Shown: positions 56,806-64,000 of the stretch, piece by piece
How the letters are laid out: every line of letters starts with the position of its first letter
How positions within the stretch are numbered: the first letter of the stretch is position 1
The notes under the pieces: model-generated
Told to the model about the DNA's origin: nothing
What the model saw: only the letters and a program-made list of their open reading frames with translations
Databases searched by the model: none
Made by a program: the position numbers and the translations under genes
NCBI GenBank assembly: GCA_965153355.1
Contig: OZ231126.1
Coordinates: 34,720,001 to 34,784,000 of the forward strand
Reading direction: 5' to 3'
DNA: 64,000 bases
Origin: Flaccisagitta enflata
Taxonomy: Eukaryota

Positions 56806-58480
56806 CAGCTGGGGAGTAACAAAGGTAGTAGAGCTAATTACCTGTATTTTTGTGCTTTCTTCAAGCCGTGCGTTTGCCATGTTAACTTTAGTCAAACATT
56901 ATAACTGATTGTTTGTAGGAAAGTCCATACCAAAAGCTTCATTTTGATACCATTTTTGACACACATCCACTGAGTTGGTATGACCTTCTGTCTCTTGCCC
57001 GCGCAAACAACAGACAAAGAGGCATTAGAATTATTACCTCTAGTTACTTTAGGTTAGTTTTAGTCCCCGACTGGGTAATACCGGGTCATCAGCCTGAGAT
57101 GCCGGATTCTGTTAAGCTTTTACCCAGAGATGCCACATATCTCGGATTTCATACTGATTGTCTTTTGAAGAGCATAGATTGACGTTTTTTGTATTAAAAT
57201 TTCATCAAAATCGGTCAAGTAGTTCAGATTTTACAAGTCTTTGAAGTAAAAACTAATTTCCTCTCAATGGCAGAATTTTCAATAAAAATCATGAAAGAGA
57301 GCGTCTTCAAATTTTTCTCTTTTTTTAACAGTTTGAGCTTGGGAACATGTTAAAGGTCTAGTATGAAAAAAAATTAGATGTAGTTTCATAAATTTGTCAA
57401 ATCACCTTTTACTTAGGACTAAAGTCTCAATGATAATATAATGAGAGGGGCAGCAAAATCGCTAGCACCCCTACCCACAGCTTGGATGGACAATATTACA
57501 GGGAAAACTGAGGTACTGGCTGATAGCTTATCCCAATACTATTCCCGCCATCGAGGCGTTTTTTGAATTTCCTCATAGTTCCGAAGATATTGGTCATAAA
57601 TTATCTAAATCAACACCTCAGAAAATGGCTGATTTTCACCCTAAAAAGGGCTGTATCTTGAAAACTACGTTGAAATTAAGAAATCGCCTCGATGGCGGAA
57701 ATTGAATTGGGACAAGTTGTTGGGCGCCACCTTTATTGTCCGTGTGGTAGTAACCATTTGAGCTGCAGGTAGGGTTGCTAGCGATTTTGACTGCCCCTCT
57801 CACTGTAATGTCATTGGTTCTGTAATCTTGTGTCCCTGGCACAAAATATTGCAAAATGAGGGAATGGGGAAAAACGCCATCCCTCCATTTTCCCATCAAA
57901 AAACAGAAGTGGCAGAAAGGTTGTTTTTCACTTAAATACATGTAAAATCTAAACTACTTGACCGATTTTGATGAAATTTTGATACAAAAAACGTCAATCT
58001 TTACTCTTTAAGAGACAATCAGTGTGAAATCCGTGATACATGGCATCTCAGAGTAAAAGCTTAACATTATCCGGCATCTCAGGCTGATGACCCGGTAAAG
58101 CTAATGACTCTGTTGAGTAATTAGGCTTAATTACCATGTTATTTTGGAGCTCAATTTGACTATCTAGGGGGTGAGTCCGAGTTGAAATGATTTCACCCAT
58201 TAGAAGCCCTTGGCAAGAGCTACTTCTGGTATGATTTTGGTAAAATTACCGGACCCTCATCATCAACATTTTTCTCGACTACTTTTTGTGTGAGGTACAC
58301 AAGCATGCCAAATTTGGCAAATTATGTTAAAATTGGTATCAAAATGAAGCCTACGTCAGGGGCTTTCCACTAATAGGTCGCTTATAATTTTTGACTAAAG
58401 TTGACCTGGCAAACGCACGGCTAGAAGAATGCACAGAAATACAGGTCATTAGCTCTACTACCTTTGTTACTCCCCAGCTG
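56806..58480. mobile_element. TIR element with CAGCTGGG termini and 5-bp TSD CATTT
   Basis: CATTT|CAGCTGGGGAGTAACAAAGG...CCTTTGTTACTCCCCAGCTG|CATTT. Confidence 0.87.
57081..58095. mobile_element. TA-flanked foldback (CCGGGTCATCAGCCTGAGATGCCGG TIR) containing a GAGAGGGGCAG-ended element at 57443-57801
   Basis: TA|CCGGG...CCCGG|TA; inner inverted arms. Confidence 0.82.
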
Positions 58481-59963
58481 CATTTAGCGGTTGCTAGGGA
58501 GCATCATAAGGCTGTCACACATTGTTACGCTCCCTAGCAGCGGCTAAACGAGCAATATTTGTACAGAACATTGCGGGAAAATTGTTTTAAATTTTATTTT
58601 AAACAATGTTCCCTGAAAAAATTTCTCAAAATATTGATACTTCAGCTTGAATACATGGAAATGTGCTTCCATTGCAAGCAACACCCATGGGCAATAAAGT
58701 ATGCTTTTATCAGTCTATATTCCAAATATCAATCTCTTAAGTATATCTGTTTTCCTGTAATGAATTCCCCGTATTTCCAAGTCTAGACGACATATACTGC
58801 ATATTCTGAGTGGGAGAACAAAATTCAAAGTTCGCTCAGATAGCACAATCTGTATTTATTTAAATATTCCTTTTTTACCCCAAAAATCTTTGTTCAATAA
58901 TTGCTTAAAGCTTTAGGTGAGGTGCCAAAGATTTAAGAGGGTTTACACCGTGTAATCTGTAATGAAGTGATGACATCAATGACTGCGAAAAACAACAGCA
59001 CTCTTGCAACTGACAGTGACACACTGCAAAAAGCCACGGCACTCTTGCAACGGACACACTTAGCGATAAAATTCCATCTCTAGCGGTCTGGTCACAAGGG
59101 AATCAAAACCCCTAAAATAATTGTGTGATTTCTTTTGTCACGGCTTGTCAGCTATTTACTGATCCAATGAAAATGAAATGAGAGGGGCAGCAAAATCGCT
59201 AACACCCTCACCCACTCAGATGGACAATGCCATTGGTAATTAAGGTTAAAGTCAAAAGCTAATCCAAATACAATTCCCGGCATCGAGGCGAAATTGAATT
59301 ACCAATAAAGTTCCTGATGGCTGATTATAAGGCCTGTAACTTGAAAATTGGATTGAATATAACATATCCCCTCGAAGGCGGGAAAAGTATTGGGATAAGC
59401 TTCTGGCCACCACTTTTACAGATCGCGACTTACTTCAAGATGATGTGACGCCTTTTAATACCCACCCCTACCCACAGCTCAAACGGATCATGATAGATCC
59501 TTGAAATTTAATGTGATGTTGAATAGATTTGAGGCCATCGAGGCGATTTTTGATATGTTGCCCCTAAGCCCGAGATCCAGGAGGGAGCTAGGGTGGCCCT
59601 GCCCCTAGTGTCTGCCCACCCAAAATCTCAAACTTGGGGCAACATATCAAGAATCCCCTCGGTGGCCCCAAATTTATTCACCTGTAGGCCCTACATGTCA
59701 ATTTTCGGGGCATCCTCTGAATCACGAAATTCGTGCTTAAGTTAAAATTTTTTCCACTGAAACACACCCTAGTGATTTAGTGGAATAAAAAATAAGTAGT
59801 GCCTTTTGCAATTCGAGCTTCAGTGGAATTGGAAGTAACTTATTTTGTCACAGTAGAAAAGATAGTCAAAAAATTGTTTTTCAATGCTTTTTTAACGGAA
59901 TAAAGAAATGCCCTCCTTTCTTTCCATCTCTCTTTTTCTCGATGGGAATTTTAATATCCAAAA

Positions 59964-60628
59964 CAGGGGGAGGAATGTTAAAATAATTTTAACATATTTT
60001 ACCACCTTTTAACAACTTTTAACACATTTTAACACGCCCCAAAAATAACAGGTACACTGTTAAAATGTGTTAAAACCATGTGGAAATAAAGTCAGACAGG
60101 AAAAATAGCATACAAGAGTTAAAATTGTGTTAAAATTATGTTAAAATGATGTTAGTACCGTGTTAAAACTGGGTTAAAAAAATGGTAAAATTGTGTTAAA
60201 ATTGTATTAAAATTGTGGTAAAATTGTGGTAAAATTGTGGTAAAATCATGTTAAAATCATTTTAACACAGTTTTAACACAATTTTAACACAAATTTAACA
60301 CACAATTTATCCCCAGTTTTAACACCATTTTACCACAGTTTTACCAACATTTTAACACAATTTTAACATAATCTTTAGACGGTTTTAACAAGATTTAACA
60401 AGTGGTGCATTTGTAATTTTAACACAATTTTAACACAAGATTTAACATGGTTTTAACACGAGGTTAGCATAACTTAAAAGATTTTTCAAGGATTTTAACG
60501 TTCAGGAAGGTGTTAAATCCATTTTAACGCAGCTGTTGAAAAATAACAGGTACATCGTGTTAAAATATGTTAAAAGTTGTTAAAAGGTGGTAAAATATGT
60601 TAAAATTATTTTAACATTCCTCCCCCTG
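59964..60628. mobile_element. Foldback element built of TGTTAAAA repeats; CAGGGGG termini; 6-bp TSD CCAAAA
   Basis: CCAAAA|CAGGGGGAGGAATG...CATTCCTCCCCCTG|CCAAAA. Confidence 0.82.
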
Positions 60629-61280
60629 CCAAAAGGAAATATTTTTTTTACATTTGCTTAGTTTTAGTCATTTTGAAAAAAGCAATGGCATGTAAGAAAA
60701 CTTTTTTTCCTTCAAAAAGAAAAAAAGAAAAATTTATAGGAGAAAAATAAGTATAAGAAAAGATTTCATAAAAAAAGAAAGAGAAAAATTGAAAAAGAAA
60801 ATTTAAAAACATTCAAAGATGATAATTTAGAAAAAAAGAATTCTGAATCAAATCAAATCAAATACATTCCTTATTCTATTAAGATATTTGCAACCAATCA
60901 AAAAAAAAACTCAATGACTTCACATTTCATTGCAGTAAATAAGAGGCCAATTTCAGTATGAAAAGATGTCAAGAGTCAATCCACTGTGGCACGAATTCCA
61001 ATTTCACTGAAGCACGAGGTCGTGCTTCAGTGGAATGGGCCTTAACTGGCCAAATTTCCAGCCCAGAGTTCGTGATTCAATGGATAGGCCCAATTTTCAA
61101 GTCGCTAGCTTGTCCCATTTGTGCTGTGGGTGGGGATGGGTTGGAAAAGCGTCACATCATCATAAAATATGTCGCGATCTGTAATGTCTGTGTGGTATTG
61201 AACATCTTTACTGTTGGTAGGGGTGCTAGCGATTATGACTTTCCCCCTTCATTAAGATATCATTGCCTCTGCACACTTAC

Positions 61281-61559
61281 GTTCGGGCGAAGCCTGCTTA
61301 AAGGTGTATTTGAAGAGAAGCGCAAGGAACTCCATCATCGGGAAATCTCTTGAAGTTTCAAATCGGCGCAGATGGACGCTGACAAACAATCGAAGGAACT
61401 CGGTGCATTTCTCCAGAAACGCGTCGTCGATATCCTCGAAGCTCCCCGAGGTCGAAATCGAGGACGAAGTGTCCTTCGTAAGGCGCTGGACCATTGAGAA
61501 AACGTACAAACGCTTGAGATGTGATGTGGCCAAACTCGACCCATAAGTAGGGATGTAGA
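61281..61559 (-). CDS. XPO6: Exportin-6, first exon in window (..YIPTYG...EKCTEFLRLFVSVHLRRFE...LFKYTFKQASPE); 5' boundary may be 61575
   Basis: FLRLFVSVHLRR and EFLALLFKYTF match XPO6 as I recall it; donor GAAC|gtaagt at 61280; two candidate AG acceptors (61561-60 and 61577-76). Confidence 0.93.
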
Positions 61560-61574
61560 CTTGGTAGGAAAAAA

Positions 61575-64000
61575 TCTTGAAAGAGTATGGGTCCGCGACT
61601 GGGGACAATCGGCGTTGTCAAACGGCGTTGTCAAACGGCGTTGTCAAACGGCGTTGTCAAACGGCGTTGTCAAACGGCGTTGTCAAACGGCGTTGTCAAA
61701 CGGCGTTGTCAAACGGCGTTGTCAAACGGCGTTGTCAAACGGCGTTGTCAAACGGCGTTGTCAAACGGCGCGTCAAACGGCGTTGTCAAACGGCGTTGTC
61801 AAACGGCGTTGTCAACGGCGTTGTCAACGGCGTCAAACGGCGTTGTCAAACGGCGTTGTCAAACGGCGTTGTCAAACGGCGTTGTCAAACGGCGTTGTCA
61901 AACGGCGTTGTCAAACGGCGTTGTCAAACGGCGTTGTCAAACGGCGTTGTCAAACGGCGTTGTCAACGGCGTTGTCAAACGGCGTTGTCAAACGGCGTTG
62001 TCAAACGGCGTTGTCAAACGGCGTTGTCAAACGGCGTTGTCAAACGGCGTTGTCAAACGGCGTTGTCAAACGGCGTTGTCAAACGGCGTTGTCAAACGGC
62101 GTTGTAAAACGGCGTTGTCAAACGGCGTTGTCAAACGGCGTTGTCAAACGGCGTTGTCAAACGGCGTTGTCAAACGGCGTTGTCAAACGGCGTTGTCAAA
62201 CGGCGTTGTCAAACGGCGTTGTCAAACGGCGTTGTAAAACGGCGTTGTAACACGGCGTTGTCAAACGGCGTTGTAATACGGCGTTGTCAAACGGCGTTGT
62301 CAAACGGCGTTGTCAAACGGCGTTGTCAAACGGCGTCAAACGTGTCAAACGGCGCTGAACGGCGTTGTAACACGGCGTTGTAACACGGCGTTGTAACACG
62401 CTGTAATGGCGTTGTAATACGGCGTTGTAAAACGGCGTTGTAAAACGGCGTTGTAAAACGGCGTTGTAAAACGGCGTTGTAAAACGGCGTTGTAAAACGG
62501 CGTTGTAAAACGGCGTTGTAAAACGGCGTTGTAAAACGGCGTTGTAAAACGGCGTTGTCAAAGGGCGTTGTCAAAGGGCGTTGTCAAACGACATTATTAA
62601 ACGACATTGTCAAACGACATTGTCAAACGACATTGTCAAACGACATTGTCAAACAACATTGTCAAACGACATTGTCAAACGACATTGTCAAACGACATTG
62701 TCAAACAACATTATCAAACGACATTATCAAACGACATTATCAAACAACATTGTCAAATGACATTGTCGGTTGAAAAATGCCGAAGTTATGCACATTTTTA
62801 GTCACGGACACGCGACTCTACACCTTGGCGTGTCGGTCGGTAGGTTGGTACGTAACAAATATTTCTGAATTTCGAGCAGTTTTTGCATTACGGCCCCTGC
62901 CCAACCGTCCACGACTGTCCTGCCGTGTATCCGGCCTTGTTCACCTTAAGGCTGGTAGGCTAGTTGGGTGGAGGGTAGTTGGATGGTAGGCTGGTTTGGC
63001 CGGTTAGCATGCTAAAATCTATACAATTCAAATACATATGTTGATTCCTTCCATTAAGAGACTACATACCAAGTTTCAACCATATCCGTTGAAAAATACC
63101 GAAGTTATGCACGTTTTAAACTTTTAAGCTGGTAGGCTAGTTAGGTGGTAGGCTGGTTTGGCCGGTTAGCATGCTAAAACCTTTACAATTCAAATACATA
63201 TGTTGAGTTCTTTCATTTAGTGACTTCATACCGAGTTTCAACCAAATTGGCTGAATAATGACTAAGTTGTGCACGTTATTCGCTTTTAGGCTGGTAGGCT
63301 GGTAGGCTGGTTGGGTGGTAGGCCGGTTTGGCCGGTTAACATGCTAAAATCTGTACAGATCAAATACATATGTTGAGTCCTTCCATTTGGAGACTACATA
63401 CCAAGTTTCAACCAAATTGGTTGAAAAATGCCAGAGTTATGCACATTTTTCACTTTTAGGCTGGTAGGCTAGTTGGGTGGTAGGCTGGTTTGACCGGTTA
63501 GCGTGCTAAAATCTATACAATTCGAATACATATGTTGAGTCCTTCCATTTAGAGACTAGATACCAAGTTTCAACCAAATTGGTAGAAAAATGCCGAAGTT
63601 ATGCACATTTTTAACTTTTAGGCTGGTAGGCCAGTTGGCTGGTAGGCTGGTTTGGCCGGTTAGCATGCTAAAACCTTTACAATTCAAATACATATGTTGA
63701 GTTCTTTCGTTTAGAGACTACATACCGAGTTTCAACCAAATTGGTTGAAAAATGACGAAGTTGTGCACGTTTTTCGCTTTTAGGCTGGTAGGCTGGTTGG
63801 GTGGTAGGCCGGTTTGGCCGGTTAACATGCTAAAATCTGTACAGATCAAATACATATGTTGAGTCCTTCCATTTAGAGACTACATACCAAGTTTCAACCA
63901 AATTGGTTGAAAAATGCCGAAGTTATGCACGTTTTTCACTTTTAGGCTGGTAGGCTGGTTGGGCCGGTTGGGTGGGTCGGATCATGACATACGCATAGGA
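61575..64000 (-). mobile_element. HINE family B copy running off the window (13-bp array 61610-62767; 162-bp array to ~63990)
   Basis: Same end sequence as 53518 (AAGAGTATGGGTCCGCGACTGGGG); 162-bp spacing of GAGACTACATACC. Confidence 0.88.

Larger units (their letters stand above)
56222..58799. mobile_element. Family E MITE expanded by nested insertions
   Basis: GTCTAGACTTGGAAATAC arms at both ends; family E core split at 56806-58480. Confidence 0.8.

Overview
Repeat-saturated eukaryotic (invertebrate animal-type) genomic DNA holding two tandem minus-strand, intron-split genes. (1) Exportin-6 (XPO6): 15 coding exons from 61559 down to a TGA at 24412; the 5' part lies beyond the window. (2) A TAX1BP1/CALCOCO-family SKICH autophagy receptor: ATG at 21069, four exons down to 6594; no further exons were recognised. 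I traced all 19 exons by hand, and all junctions inside the window are GT-AG and phase-consistent. The introns are mostly non-autonomous DNA transposons, nested up to five deep, plus one 5'-truncated LINE reverse-transcriptase copy. They include TA-, 4-, 5-, 6- and 8-bp-TSD TIR/foldback elements and at least four Helentron-associated (HINE/DINE-1-like) families. Most notable: (a) two related HINE families (A, B), each carrying a short-period satellite (19 or 13 bp) plus a ~162-166 bp array; they start with GT, end with AG+1 nt between T-runs, all lie co-oriented with the host genes, and one abuts or supplies an XPO6 splice acceptor (possible introner-like behaviour, unproven); (b) an 8.3-kb CAGCTGGG-ended element with a 5-bp TSD; (c) extra canonical LIR-like motifs in the SKICH protein. 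The long repetitive ORFs in the track are satellite artefacts. Comparisons with human proteins are from memory, not from a search.
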